From Mobula hypostoma (Eukaryota): a stretch of DNA of 64,000 bases. Each line of letters starts with the position of its first letter. Position 1 is the stretch's first letter. Positions 26,684-40,817 of this stretch are shown here, piece by piece. The position numbers and the translations under genes are program-made. The notes beneath the pieces were generated by a model, which was not told the origin of the DNA, searched no databases, and worked only from the letters and a program-made list of their open reading frames with translations. The stretch is taken from NCBI RefSeq assembly GCF_963921235.1, contig NC_086097.1, positions 75,580,001 to 75,644,000 of the forward strand. The letters run 5' to 3'.

Positions 26684-28083
26684 CAGCACACAGCCCTGCT
26701 TCACACCGCTGAGGATGTTGAAGGCCTCCGAAGAAGAGCCGTCGAACTGAACGACGCCCTTCATGTCTGTGTGGAATGACTGAACTATCCTGAGGAGCCT
26801 CGGGGGACAACCAATCCTGGCAAGGTTTTTGAACAGGCTGTCTCTGCTCACAAGGTCGAAGGCCTTCGTAAGGTCAGTGAAAGTGACGTAGAATGGTTGT
26901 CTTTACTCTCTGCATTTCTCTTGAAGCTGTCTTGCCCCCACCCTGTTTGGCATCTTCTTCACAGTCATGCTGAAGCACGCCTTTGGAACATCAACTGATG
27001 GTGTCTACCTCCACACCAGATCAGTCGGGAGGCTGTTCAGTCTGTCCCGGCTGAGGGCAAAAACCAAGGTTCGTGAAGTACTCATCAGGGACATGTTGTT
27101 TGCAGACGATGCGGCCCTGGCAACACACTCTGAAGAGCAACTGCAACGCCTCATGGACAGCTTCTCAACAGCCTGCCAGGACTTCAGCTTGACCATCAGC
27201 CTGAAGAAAACCAATGTGTTGGGCCAAGGCGTTGAGCACCTTCCTGCCATTACCATCAACAGCTACGTGCTGGAGGTAGTTCACAAGTTTACACACCTTG
27301 GCTCCACCATCATGGACAGCCTCTCCCTAGACCCCGAGATCAATAGATGGATCAGACGAGCAGCCTCAACATTCGCCAGGCTGACAAAGAGAGTCTGGGA
27401 GAACAGCAAGCTGACGATACACACCAAAGTTGCAGTCTACAGGGCCTGCGTCCTCAGCACGCTGCTTTACGGCAGCGAGACCTGGAGCCTCCACTACAGA
27501 CAAGAGCGGCGTCTCAACGCCTTCCACCTTCACAGCCTGAGACATCACGTGGACTGACCGAGTCACCAACAATGTGGTCCTGGCCCGCGCCCAGATACCC
27601 AGCCTCTTCGCCCTGCTCCAACATGGCCATCTCCACTGGCTGGGCCACGTACACCGCATGTCAGACAGGAGGATCCCGAAAGACCTGCTGTACGGGGAAC
27701 TGTCCTCTGGCAAGAGAGCACAAGGGTGGCCATATCTTCGTTTCAAAGACATTTGCAAGAGAGACATGAAGACACTGAAAATGAACGTCGAGAGGGGAGG
27801 ACATCGCAAGCAATCACTCTCACTGGAGGCTGGAACTACACAGAGGTCTAAAAAGAGGAGAAGAGAAGCTGAGGCTTGCTGCTGACGAAAAGTGCACTCG
27901 TCGGAAAAACAGCACCAAGACAACACTGGAGGACAGTGCCTTCAAGTGCAGTCGCTGCAGCCGAGACTGTCACTCCCGTGTGGGCCTCTACAGCCACAAC
28001 AGACGCTGCTGTAATGCAGACTGAAGCAAGACTTTCCAGGTGCAGATCCATGGTCTTGCGAGACTAACGGATGCCACCATACC
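26684..28083 (+). mobile_element. RTE-clade LINE 3' half with an inverted 5' segment (26684-26930 minus; 26931-28083 plus)
   Basis: DLTKAFDLVSR..GVKQGCVL on minus; LAPTLF..LFADDAAL..LLYGSETW..LLYGEL on plus; 9-bp TSD AACAAAACA at 26675-26683 and 28084-28092. Confidence 0.93.
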
Positions 28084-30392
28084 AACAAAACATTCAATTT
28101 CCCTTTAACAAACCATATTCAAATAAGCAGCTTTTACAATAACAGTCCATAACTAACTTCACATACTAAAGGTTCAGTCTTTTGGGTGACACTCTGTTTC
28201 TTTCAGGATAGCGCCTCTGGATCTGTAGAGTGGCATCAGGTCTGTCAGGTATCTTATCAAAGACAGCATTCTCCGTTGCTGGTGACATGATCATCACTGA
28301 GAGGTAAGTCTGGAGGCTGTAACGTGTCCGTCTTGTTGGATGCAGTAGACTCAGGTGTGTTCTTTGGCAGAGCATCCGTTATCTGGTCCACATGGCATCT
28401 CCATGTATGATCTGCAAGTTCCTCTGTATACATCTGGTCCAGTTCTTGTAGCTATCCTACTGGGTGTCCACTTGTCTTCTCAGTAATCAGGTGCTAGGAC
28501 TTCCCGTCCAACATTGAAGCTCCTTGCTGATTTACTTGGCAAGTGGCTGAACTGTTTATTGTGTACTTCCCTCCGTAGATCTGGTTTCAGGAGGTCTAGA
28601 GAGATCTCAGATTTCTACTCATGAAGAACGTTGCAGGTATTTGATTTGTCGTTGCACGAACAGAGGTCCAATAACAAAAAGGAAATTGTCCACCTTGTGC
28701 TGTAGAGAAATGTCCTCTGTGTTCATGGCTTTAATGGACTTCTTGAAGGTTTGGATAAATCTTTCAGTTAATCCGTTCATTGCTGGATGGTGAGGTGCTG
28801 ACTTGAAATGTTTAATGCCATTTTTCTTCATGAATGTTCTGAACTCTTCTGACATGTATTGTATTCGCAAAATGTTCAGGAGAGCAATTTATGGTGAAGA
28901 TAGTTCTCAGAGTTTCTCAGGTAGTTGACTTCATTGTTATGACCTCAGGCTACTTCAAATGAGCATCCACAGCAATCAGACTCATGGAGTCGATGATTGG
29001 CCCAGCAAAGTTAATATATACTCTTTTCCATGGTGAAGAGATCCATTCCCATGGGTGTAAAGGTACCTTTGGGGGGGAGGCTTTTTGAAACTTGTAGCAT
29101 TCTGAACAGCTTTTGCTCAAGTCTTCAATCTGTTTATCTATTCCTGGCCACCACATGTAGCTCCAGGTGGGACTCTTTATCTTGACTGTACCCAGGTGTC
29201 CTTCATACAGATTCTATAACACTCTGGTGTGCAGTTTAGAGAGAACCACAACACAAGATCCACACATCAGGGTTCTTTGACATACAGACAGTTGGTCTCG
29301 TCTCACTGAGAACGCCGAAAACATGGGATTACCATGAGCTGGCCAGCCTTGCACGGTGATGTCATAGACTTCTCACAATGTTGGGCCATTCTTTGTTTCT
29401 CATTGTATTTCAGAACTTGTTACTGGCAAGTGGTCCACCAGTGCTGTGTTGAACATTTCTGCTGGGTCACAGAATGAAAACTTTTCTTCTTCAGTTGCCA
29501 GCAGTGGAAGATGTGACAAGCCAACAGTGTTGCTGTGTTGTTTGGTACCCTTGAACTCTATGCCATATGAGTGGGCTCCTAGGAATAGTGCCCAACATTG
29601 CAACCAGGTAGCAAACATCACTGGAATTCCCTTCCTGGGATTGAAAATGACAAAAGGGGCTGGTGGTCTGTCACTAGAGTAAAACTAGTCTGTAGAGTTA
29701 GTGGTGGAACTTCTTTATTCCCCATATTAGACTGAGAGCCTCACAGTCAATCTGTGTGCATAGTTGTGTTCTGCGCTCATCAGTGATCTTGCAGCAAATG
29801 CAATCAGATGTTCAGATCCCATTTTCCATGGTGTGTGACAAAACGGCACCAATGCCATAAGGGGACACATCACACGCCAGTCTGATGGGCAGAGGTGGGT
29901 CATAATGGGTAAGCAGTTCATCTGATATTATGAGTCTCTGTTTCCTTGAATGCTCTTTCACTTCTTTCTGACCATTCCCACTTTGCTCCTGTCTGTAACT
30001 GCGCGTTCAATGGGTGCAGCACTGTAGCAACGTTTGGGAGAAACTGGTGGTAGTAGTTTACAAGGCCCAAGTATGACCTGAGTTGTGACACGTTTTCCAA
30101 TCTGGGTGCCTGCAGCACTGCTTCAGTCTTCTCTTGTGGCTTATGTAAGCCCTGCTTGTCAATGACATGTTCACTATACGAGATTTCATTCCTGAAAATT
30201 CACATTTCTCTCTCTTTGCAAACAGACCATACTCACTCTTCCTGATAAGCACTTTACCTAAGTTCTAGAGGTGCTCTCCATCATTTGAGCCAGTCACAAT
30301 GATGTCATCAAGGTAACATTGCATTCCTGGGATATCCTGAAGCAATTAGTCCATTGATCTTTGCCAAATTGCTGAGGCCTATGCGACACCAA

Positions 30393-33300
30393 AGACCGTA
30401 AGACATAGAAGCTGAATTAGGCCATTCAGACCATCAACTCTGCTCCGGCATTCCATCATGACTGATTCCGGATCCCACTCAACCCCATACACCTGGTTTC
30501 TTGCCATATCCTTTGACGCCCTGACCAATCAGGAAACTATTAACTTCCACTTTAAATATACCTATGGCCTTGGCCTCCGCCATAGTCTGTGGCAGAGCAT
30601 TCCACAGATTCACTACTCTCCAGTGAGTACAGACACAAAGCTGCCAAACACTCTTCATATGTTAACCCCTTCATTCCTGGAATCATCCTTGTGAACCTCC
30701 TCTGCCTCCAATGACAACACATCCTTTCTGAGATATGGGGCCCAAAACTGTTGACAATACTCCAAGTGCAGCCTGGCTAGTGTCTTATAAAAGCTCATTA
30801 ACTCCTTGATTCTATATTCTATTCCCCTTGAAATAAATGGCAACATTGCATTTGCCTTCTTTACCACAGTCTCAACCTGTAAATTAACTTCTGGGAGCCT
30901 TGCACGAGGACTCCTAAATCCCTCTGCATCTCTGATATTTGAACCTTCTCCCCATTTAGATAATAGTCCACACTTTTGTTCCTTTTACCAAAATGCATTA
31001 TCATACATTTCCCAACACTGTATTCCATCTGCCGCTTTTTTGCCCATTCTTCCAATTTGTCTAAGACCTGCTACAATCGCATTGCTCCCTCAGCACTACC
31101 TACCTCTCCACCTATCATCGTATCATCCGCAATCTTTGCCACAGAGCCATCAATTCCATTATCCAAATCATTGACAAACAACGGGAAAAGTAGCGGTCCC
31201 AATACTGTCTCCTGAGGAACACCACTAATCACTGGCCGCCATCCAGAGAAGGCCCCCATTAATTTCACTCGCTGCCTCCTGCCTATCAGCCATTCCTCTA
31301 TCCATGCTAATATCTTTCCTGTAATGCCACAGGATTTTTTCTTGTTAAGCAGCCTCATGTGAGGCACCTTATCAAATGCCTTTTCAAAATCCAAGTAAAT
31401 GACATCCACTACCTCTCCTTTGTCTACTCTGCTTGTTACTTCCTCGAAGAACTCTAACAGATTTGTCAGGCGAGATTTCCCTTCACAGAAGCCACGCTGA
31501 CTTTGACTTATTTTATCATTAGTCTCCAAGTACCCTGAAACCCCATCCTTAGTAATAGACTCCGACACTTTCTCAACCACTGAAGTTAGGCTAACTGGCC
31601 TATATTTTCCTTTCTCCCTTCTTAAAAAGTGGAGTAACATTTGCAATTTTCCAGTCTTCTGGGACCACGCCAGAATGATTCTTGAAAGATCAGGAACAAT
31701 GGATCCGTTATCTCTTCAGCAACCTCTCTCAGGACTCTGGGATGTAGTCCATCTGGTCCAGGTGACTTATCCACCTTAAGACTTTTGAGTTTGCCTAGCA
31801 CTTTTTCTTTTGTAATAGCAATAGCACTCACTCCTGCTCCCTGATAGTCACGGACCTCTGGTGCACTGCTAGTGTCTTCCTCAGTGAAGACCGATGCAAA
31901 GTACCCATTAAGTTCATCTGCCATTTCTTTGCCCTCCATTACTACCTCACCAGCATTCTTTTCCAGTGGTCAACTCTCACCTCCCTTTTACTCTTCATAT
32001 AACTAAAGAAACTGTTTTATATTATTGGCTAGTTTGCCCTCATATTTCATCTTTTCCCTTCTTATAGCATTTTTAGTTGCCTCTTGTTGGATTTTAAAAG
32101 CTTTCCAATCATCCAACTTCCCACTCACTTTTGCTACATTATATGCCCTTTCCTTGGCTTCTATGCAGTCCTTAACTACCCTTGTTATCCACAGTTACCT
32201 ACACCTGCCATCTTCCTCTGGGGGAAATATTTATCCTGCACCTTGTGAACTATTTCCAGGAACTTCAGCCAACTCTGCTCTGCCGTCATCCCTGCTAGTA
32301 TCCTCCTCCAATCCACCTGGGCAAGCTCCTCTCTCTTTCATTCCATTGTGATACTGATACATGTGACTTTGGCTTCTCCCTCTCAAATTGTAGTATGAAT
32401 TCAAACATATTATGATCCCGGCCTCCTAAGGGTTCCTTTACGTTAAGCTGACTAATAAGACCTGGGTTATTACACAACACCCAATCTAAGATATCCTTTC
32501 CTCTAGTAGGCTTGAGCACAAGCTGCTCTAAAAAGCCATCTCATAGACGTTCAACGAACTCCCTTTCTCGTGATATGACCTCAACCTCATTTTCCCAATC
32601 CCCCTTGCATATTGTAGCCCTCCATTACAATTGTGATATTGCCTCTATTGTATGACTTTTCCAGCTCCCTTTGCAATTTCAACCCCACATCTTGGCTACT
32701 ATTTGGAGGTCTATATATGATCCCCATAATGATTTTTCTAACCTTGCAGTTTCTTAACTCCACCCACAAAGATTCAACATTCTCTGAACCTATGTCACCT
32801 CTTTCTAAAGATATTCCATCTCTTACAAACAGAGCCACACCACTGTCTATGCCTTTCTGCCCGTCCTCTTGATACAAAGCATATCCTTTGATGTTAAGCT
32901 CCCAACTATGGCCTTCTTTCAGCCACGACTCAGTGATGCCCACAATGTCATACTGATCAATCTCTAACTGCACCATGAGTTCGTGCACCTTATTCTGAAT
33001 GCTAAGGTGCATTTAAATACAGCACCTGCAGTCCTGCATTCTTCATCCTTTTGATTTTGCCTCTGCAGTACAATTTATCTCATTGCACTGTCTGTATTTA
33101 TATCTAATCATTGGCTTTTCCTTCCTTACATTCATGTTACACCTATCATCTACTTGTAATCCTGCCCCAGAAGAGGTCCCAATGATCCAGGAATCTGAAT
33201 CCCAGACCCCTGCTCCAATTCTTCAACCATACATTTTATCTGCCACCTCATTCTATTCCTATCTTCACTGTCGTGTGGCATAGGCAGCAATCCCAAAGTT

Positions 33301-33990
33301 ACTACCTTTTAGGACCTGCTTCTCAGCTTCCTTCCTATCTCCCTGTACCCCTTCTCAGGACTTCCTCCCTCTTTCTACCTATGTCGTTGACACCATATGT
33401 ACCATGACTTCTGGCTGCTCATCTTCTCTTTTCAGGATATTGTGGACACGTCCAGAAATATCGTGGACTCTGACACCTGGAAGGCAAACTACCATCCGTG
33501 TTTCCTTTTTGCATCCACAGAATTACTTATCTGTCCCCCAAACTACAGAGTCCTTTATAACTGCTGCCTTCCTCTTCAGTTCCCTACCCTTCTGAGCCAC
33601 AGGGCCAGACTCAGTGCCAGAGGCACGATCACTGTTCCTTCTCCAAAGTAGATTCTCACTCCCTACAGTACTCAAAATGGAGTACTTGTTGTTGAGGGGG
33701 ATGCCATAGGGGTGCTCTCCACTATCTGACACTTCCCTCTCTTGACAGTCACCCGTTTATTTGTCTCCTCTAGCCTTAAGGTGACTACCTCCCTGTACCT
33801 CCTATCTATAAACTCTTCACTTACTCTAACAAGCCGAAGGTCATCGAGCTGTAGCTCCAGTTCCTAACATTGTGTCTAAGGAGCTGCATCTCGATGCACC
33901 CGTTGCAGATGTGACTATCAGCAAAGCTGGTAGTCTCCCAGAAATCCCACATCTGGCACCCAGAACAGAACACTGACCCTGTAGAAATAC
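30393..33990 (-). mobile_element. Decayed CR1 LINE (ORF1 + ORF2, internal deletions) inserted in the Gypsy RT
   Basis: ORFs 33523..33732, 32587..33012, 31622..31939, 31071..31646; Gypsy RT reads INTHK at ~34015 and resumes FGVA at ~30392. Confidence 0.92.
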
Positions 33991-35845
33991 CTGCTCCTGG
34001 GTATACTGGATACCTTGTGGGTGTTGATTAAGAGGACCTTCCTGCTTGACTCCTCAATCTCCATTTGCAAATAGGCTTGTGACAAGTCAGTCTTTGAAAA
34101 CTTCTCCCTGCTTGTCAAAGATGCATAAGTGTCTCTACTTGCACTGCAGAGTATGCAGCACAGGATTGATGCTCACTTTGAAGTCCCTGCACAAACAAAC
34201 AATTCTGGCCTTCCCTCTCTTGATTACCAGAACAATGGGGATGGCCCAATCACTCCACCCAATCTTGGAGAGAATGCCAGATACCTCCAAGCTCTGAAGT
34301 CCCGCATCCACGTTAGGATGTAGTGCATAAGAGGTTGGAATCTTGGTGTTGTTGCTTCATCCAGTTCAGTTCTGGCCTTCATGCCTTTGAATTTTCTAAT
34401 ACCCTTCTCAAACAACTTCTCATTAGCATTAATCAGCTGTGTCAGTTACTAGTTAGTGCTACTGTTTGGACTGCAGTTGCCTGTTGATGACACATTGAGA
34501 GCTTTGACTGAGTGCCAGTCTAGTTGGATTTTTCTCAACCATTCATGTCCAAAAAGTGCTGGCCCTCCATTTTTCAACACATAAATCTCTCACTGTTGTG
34601 TTTTGACTATGTACGTCGCATTTACTTTCCGTTTGCCTTTGAGAGACACATTTTATGCCTGCGTGGGTCTTTAGCAACACTGAGGTCTTTTCTAAAGCTA
34701 GCTTAGAAAGCAGTCTGTTGTAGTCAGCCTCGAAAATTATGGACAAAGCTAACCCTGTATCTAGCTCCATTTTCAGTTTTACACCAGACATATCTATTGT
34801 GATCCATATTATTTTGCAATCTGTTTCAGTAATGCTATACAGTTCCAGGCATAACAGCTCACCTTTGTCAGATTCTGCATTGTCTGATTCTGTTTCATAT
34901 TAAGTCACTTTATGCACTTGCTTGGTGTTGTGTTTGAAACTTTTCACTTTGGATGTGTTTTTTATCTGACTTGCACCATCTCTCTCTGTGACCTTGTCTG
35001 TGACACTTTCTGTAAACTTTTTCTTTGAACCAAATGTAATTTGCATCATGGGAGTATTTGCCACATCAATAACATTTTTGGCTTTTTGAACCATTCAGGG
35101 ATATCTTCTGTGTTTCACATTCTAAACTCTTGTTCTGTCGTTCTGCCGCATCCTTTGCTGCAGTCTCTCATGATATTGCAATGGGCAATACCTGTTCTAA
35201 GGTTAGGTTTCTTTATGACGGTAGCCTCATTGTGCTTTGACTATGCATGCCACATGCAAGCTTGTCCCTTAATGCATCAGAAACTTCATCTCTAAAGTCA
35301 CAGTATTGGGAAAGTTTAAGCAGTTCTGCAATGTATCCAGAAAAGCTTTCATCATTTGACTGATTCCTTTTGTGAAATCTAAATTTCCCAGCTATTACTA
35401 GCAGTTTAGGACTCAAGTGATTTTGTATAAGTGCAACAATTTTGTCGAATATCTTGCTTGCTGGCTTTTTAGGAGTTACTATGTTGCGTAAGAGCTTATA
35501 CATTTCAGCTAAACAGCACGACAGCTTTCTTTTCCTCATCTACATCGTTCACATTACAATACAGTTCAACCCTCTCGATATATGATTCCCAGACCTTATT
35601 AGTGCTATCAAATTCATCAACTTTCCTAACTAAGGCCATCATTACATTATTTTTACTTTAGCTTTGCTAACTGCGCGTCCGCACAGTTACTCACGCACCC
35701 TTTGTTAGCGTCCATGATGGTTTTCTCCATACTGATTCATTCTTTCCTGTCGCTGTCTCTCTCCGTTCCTCTGAATTCTGTCGTCTTGTAGCTGTTGGTG
35801 GAGCTGCTGATATCCCAACAGTCAGGTTTGTGCTCGTTGCCAATT

Positions 35846-36022
35846 TGTTGTTCCTTTACAACTACATATCAGTTAAATAAAAGCATGCACGCAGAGCGTG
35901 AGGTTAGCTGGTATCTTTACTTTGAAAGCCTACAACAGATCAATGCACATGGGTAAGTTATCACTCAATATATAGTGCTAAGGGGAGTCATAGTGCTAAA
36001 ACAAATTGATCCATACAGTACA
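35846..36022 (-). repeat. 5' LTR of the Gypsy element
   Basis: TG...CA termini; adjacent PBS. Confidence 0.9.
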
Positions 36023-37539
36023 CTATAAATACAAATTGGTTGTTGTTATGTTGTATTTTAAAAGGAATGCACACTGGAATACAACCTTATTGAGAAACGA
36101 CCGATTTTTGCAGAAACTGAAGATTGCAAAGACACCCTGAACCATGTAAATGTTTTGAAATTGAAAAACCCAAAGGAAGCACCAAAAATTTGTAGATTTG
36201 TAGCAGGGCTAGAAGAAGTACACCAGGAAGTAAACCCTGGAAGTAGGAACCCTTAAATAGCAAAGGGGCAGTAGAGCTTCCTGTTGCTGAATGCTTGCTA
36301 TGCTAAGTGAAAGTGTGGCAGGTGTATCTAGTAAAGTGGCAGTTCTCATGCTAAATCAACACAGCATGCTAAATGCATCACCGTCAGCCTGGTCCATATA
36401 CTTCCAAAGCAAGTTCATAGCACAGGGGCCAATGCTCTCAACAATGTGGTGTCCAGCGCCACTTGCTGCACAGATACACGTCTGAACTACCGACATTATA
36501 TTGTGTAGTGATAATATCCAAATTGCGTGTATACTAATAATCCTGAAATCTTGCCTCATAAATATTGTGATTTCAAACAGCTAGTAAGCAGGACCAATAA
36601 GAGTAGTTGGTTGAGGGCTCCAGTTGCACATCAATGTGGCAATGTGAAGTTTTAATGCATGTGGTGGGTACAGTGAGCTCTGAAATAAAACTGAAACTTC
36701 TGCTAAACCTCCAGAGAGTGCTGCAGGAATTATCAGTCCCCAAAATGTTAAGTACAGTACACATCACTAAGGTTATAAATGTCTAAGGAAGCTAAGTGTA
36801 GCTATGTCAATTTGCATTTTCCCAGAAACTTTGTAATAAAATTTTTGTCTTTAAAGATTGCAGCTGGATCTGTAACCAGGATTACAGATTTATAAATACC
36901 ACTCTGGGTTGCTATTAATAAAGATGCCTATAAACTGTGTTTGCACTGATTTGTGAGTTCACACATGAAAGTCCCTGAGATTTAAAATAAGCTGTTTATC
37001 TAAGTGATTATGGTCTATTGCTCGAAATATACCTCCTGTCGTTCACAGGTAGTTCAAGGTTTGGAGCTCAATTGTGAAATTTAACTACTAACTATTACCC
37101 TGGCCTATCACCGTCAAATTATTGCCTAAAGGGTCAGAACAGATGGTGTCACATAGGCACAGCTGCTTGTAAATTCCTTCAGTCACTAAAAAATAATGCA
37201 ATCACATAAATTCTAGTTCCCTGGCCTGTGAAATATTCGTAACCCAAACAGTTTGCAAGTCAGAAATGCATCCATGAACCAAGCCCCACACGGCAAAAGA
37301 TACATGCAGCTCCGCAGGAGCCAACGACTGCTTTCCACCAGTCTCGCAAATGCTTCTTAGTTTGTAGAGGCTGCACATGGGTCAGGCATTCATAAGGTGG
37401 CAAACATCATTTTAACATATCACTGATGCAGCCTGGATAAAATGCCTTTATTATAGAATTATAATCTGTGCCAGATCCCTGTAGAGCAATTCTATCACCC
37501 ACCCCTTCCTCATGGCTCTACAACTTATTTCCCCTGCAG

Positions 37540-38420
37540 TAGAATATAGAACATTGATCAGTACACCGCAGTATAGGCCCTTTGACCCACAAAGTTGTGT
37601 TGACCCATATAAACTACTCCACAATCAATCTACCCCTCCCCTCCTACACAGTGTTATAAACCCACCCTTTCTCCAGCACCCATGTGCCTCTATTGTGTCA
37701 GCCTCTACCACCACTCCCAGCAGCAAAGCTCTCCAAGCACCTATCACTCTCCGACATCCCCCATATACATTCCTCCCATCAACTTGATTCATTGGCCATT
37801 GCCACCCTAGGAAAAAGTCACTGGCCGTCCACATTACGCCTTTTAATCTCATACACATCCATTAAGTTGCCTCCTTTCCTCCTTTGCTCCAAAAACAGAA
37901 AACTTCGCTCAATCTATTCTGATAAGACATGTTTGCCAATCCAGTCAGCATCCGGGTAAATCTCCTCCGCACCTTCTCTAAAGCTTCTACATCCTTCCTA
38001 TAATGAGGCGACCAGAACTGATTACAATACCAAGTATGGTGTGACCGGTGTTTTATAGGGCTGAAACATAACCTTGCTAAGGTCAATCCACCCTATCAAC
38101 TTGCACGGCAACTTTGAGGGATCACTAGGCTCGGGTGCAAGATCTTTTCGTCTCTCCGTACTGTTAAAAATCCTGCCATTAACCTTGTACTCCACTTTCA
38201 TGTTCTATCTTCCAAAATGTATCATTTCATACTTTACCAGTTTGAACTCCATCTGCCATTTCTCCTCCGAGTTCTGTATCCTGGCTACATTCCATTGTAA
38301 CCTACGACAACCATCCAGACAATCCACAACACCACTAACCATCCTGTCATCTGCAAACTTACTAACTCACCCTTCCATTACTTCATCCAAATAACTTATG
38401 AAGAGTAGGGGTCCCGGAAC
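37540..38420 (-). mobile_element. Old CR1 3' fragment
   Basis: QFWSPHYRKDVEALEKVRRRFTRML (37862..38086); VSKFADD near 38350. Confidence 0.85.
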
Positions 38421-38429
38421 TGCCTGTAG

Positions 38430-39875
38430 TATCTACTGATATCTATTATATCTGGAGACAGCTTATCTACTGATGTCTATTATAACACCTCCCTCCCTGT
38501 TCTCAATCTCTCTGTCTCTATCTTTATCTACTGATGTCTACTAACTATCACAGCTAACCTAGACTATACCTCTTCCCACCCTGTTACTTGTAAAAACGCC
38601 ATCCCTTTCTCTCAATTCCTCCATCTGTACTGCATCTGCTAACAGGATGAGGCTTTTCATTCTAGAATGAGGGAGATGTCCTCCTTCTTCAAAGAGAGGG
38701 ACCTCCCTTCCTCTACCATCAATGCTGCCTTCAATTGTATCTCTTCCATTTCACACGTATCTGCACTCACCCATCGTCCTGCCACCCCACCAGGGATAGG
38801 GTTCCTCTTGTCCTCACTTACCACCCCACCAGCATCAGCATCCAGCACATAATTCTGCGTAACTTCCGCCATCTCCAAGGGCTACCACCACCAAACACGT
38901 CTGTCCCTTGCCCACCCCCAACTTTCTGTTTTCCACAGGGATCGCTCCCTATGCAACTCTCTTGTCCATTCGTCCCTCCCCACTGATCTCCCTCCTGTCA
39001 CTTATCTTTGCAAGGCGGAACAAGTGTTACACTTGCCCCTACATCTCCTCCCTCACTACCATTCAGGACCCCAAACGGTCCTTCCAGCTGAGGTGACACT
39101 TCACTTGTGAGTCTGTTGGGGTCATGTACTGTATCCAGTGCTCCCAGTGTGTCCTGCTATGTATCGGTGAGACACGACACAGATTGTATCCAGTGCTCCC
39201 AGTGTGTCCTGCTATGTATCGGTGAGACACGACACAGATTGGGAGACCACTTCACTGAGCACCTGCACTCCATCTGCCAGAAAAAGCGGAATCTCCCAAT
39301 GGACACCCATTTTAATTCCACTTCCAATTCCCATTCTGACATGTCAGTACATGGCCTCCTCTACTGTCGCAATGAGGCCACACTCAAGTTGGAGGAGCAA
39401 CACTTCAAATTCCATCTGAGTAGCCTCTAACTTGATGGCATGAACATCGATTTTTCAAACTTCTGGTAATGCCACCGTGCCCCCCCCCCCTTCACCATTC
39501 CCCATCCGCATTTCCCTCTCTTACCTTATCTCCTTCTCTCTGGTGCTCCTTCCCCTTTCCTTTCTTCCATGGCCTTCTGTCCTCTCCTATCAGATTCCCA
39601 CTTCTCCAGCCCTGTATCTCTTTCTCCAATCAGCTTCCCAGCTCTGCTTCCTCCCTCCCCCCTCCTGGTTTCACTTATCTCCTTGTGGCTCTTCCTACCC
39701 TCCCCCTACTTTCTTTCTCTAACACCTCATCATTTTTTTTCCAATCCTTTTAAAGGGTCTCAGCCCAAAATGTCAATTATACTCTTTTCCATAGATGCTT
39801 CCTAGCCTGCTGAGTTCCTCTAGCATTTTGTATGCGTTGCTTGGTTTTCCAGCGTTTGCAGATTTTCTCTTGTTT
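38430..39875 (+). mobile_element. Decayed Penelope-like element (RT C-terminus, GIY-YIG, pLTR)
   Basis: RVPLVLTYHP; CIQCSQCVLLCIGETRHRLGDHFTEH; degenerate hammerhead at ~39743-39778. Confidence 0.9.
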
Positions 39876-40817
39876 GTGCCTGCAGTATCTGTCTGTTTTC
39901 CATTTGAGTAAACAGTATTAGTCCATAAACAGTATCTGTCTGTTTTCAATTTGATAGTGAGTATCAGACCATAACCAGCCTTTGCATAAAAAGTCCTTCC
40001 GTTGGACACAGCCCATGATCCTGTATATCTTGCTCAAATTACGTAGAACGGTACAGCAAGGGAACGAGTTCCCGAACAATGAAGGCATGTGTGTCATATA
40101 TCTTTTTTACCATCCTCTCTGTTTGCGTGGCCACTTTTAGTGAGCTATTGATTTGAAATGCACTCAAATCTCCTCTCAATTACTTCTTTTTCCTCCAAGG
40201 AGAACAACTCAGATTTTTCAGTCCAATCTAGTTGATCTAGAACTAACCTATTTCTCATCCACAGAACCATTCCAGTAGACTTCTTTATACATCAGAGTCA
40301 CAGCACTATACATACTGATGCACAGTATTGGATTTATGCCACACATACTGTTTAGTGCTGAGGCTAGAAAGTTCCATTTCAGTCTCATCTGACCATACGA
40401 TCTTCCACATCTTTACAGCATCTTCTCAAAGTCTTTATGGGCAAGAATATGTGCTTTTTAGCAGTAAGTATGGCCTAAATCTAATACTGTGCATCAGCCA
40501 GTTAACACCATCCCTATTGTAAAGTATGGCAGAGGTGGCAACCTCAGTATGAGTCTTTCCAGCAGCAAAAACTGGAAATCTGGTCAGGATTGATGGAAAG
40601 ATGAATACAGCTAACTACAGGGAAATCCTAGATAAAAATCTTCTAGACTCTGCTGGAAAGCTTAATCTGAGGAGGAGGTTTGCCTTTCAGCAGGACAGCA
40701 ACCCAAAGCACACTGCCCGTGTGACATGGGGTGGCTTCAAGTGGAGAAAACTGATGTCTGTGAATGGCCCAGTCAGAATCCTGACCTTAATCCAATCGAA
40801 CATCTTGGACAAGACAT

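Larger units (their letters stand above)
26446..36022 (-). mobile_element. Decayed Ty3/Gypsy LTR retrotransposon (short LTRs, Mag/K02A2.6-like) with nested RTE and CR1
   Basis: LTRs 26446-26631 and 35846-36022; PBS TGGCAACGAGC 35832-35842; PPT 26632-26645; gag from ~35643, protease MELDTG, RT DLSQAYLQ, RNase H, integrase (WWPGID, HPWEW, GLTERFIQTFK); TSD ATATA/CTATA. Confidence 0.93.

Noticed and set aside
38429..39239. CRISPR-like repeat-spacer pattern
   Set aside because: Eukaryotic context; these are local duplications of Penelope sequence and there are no cas genes.
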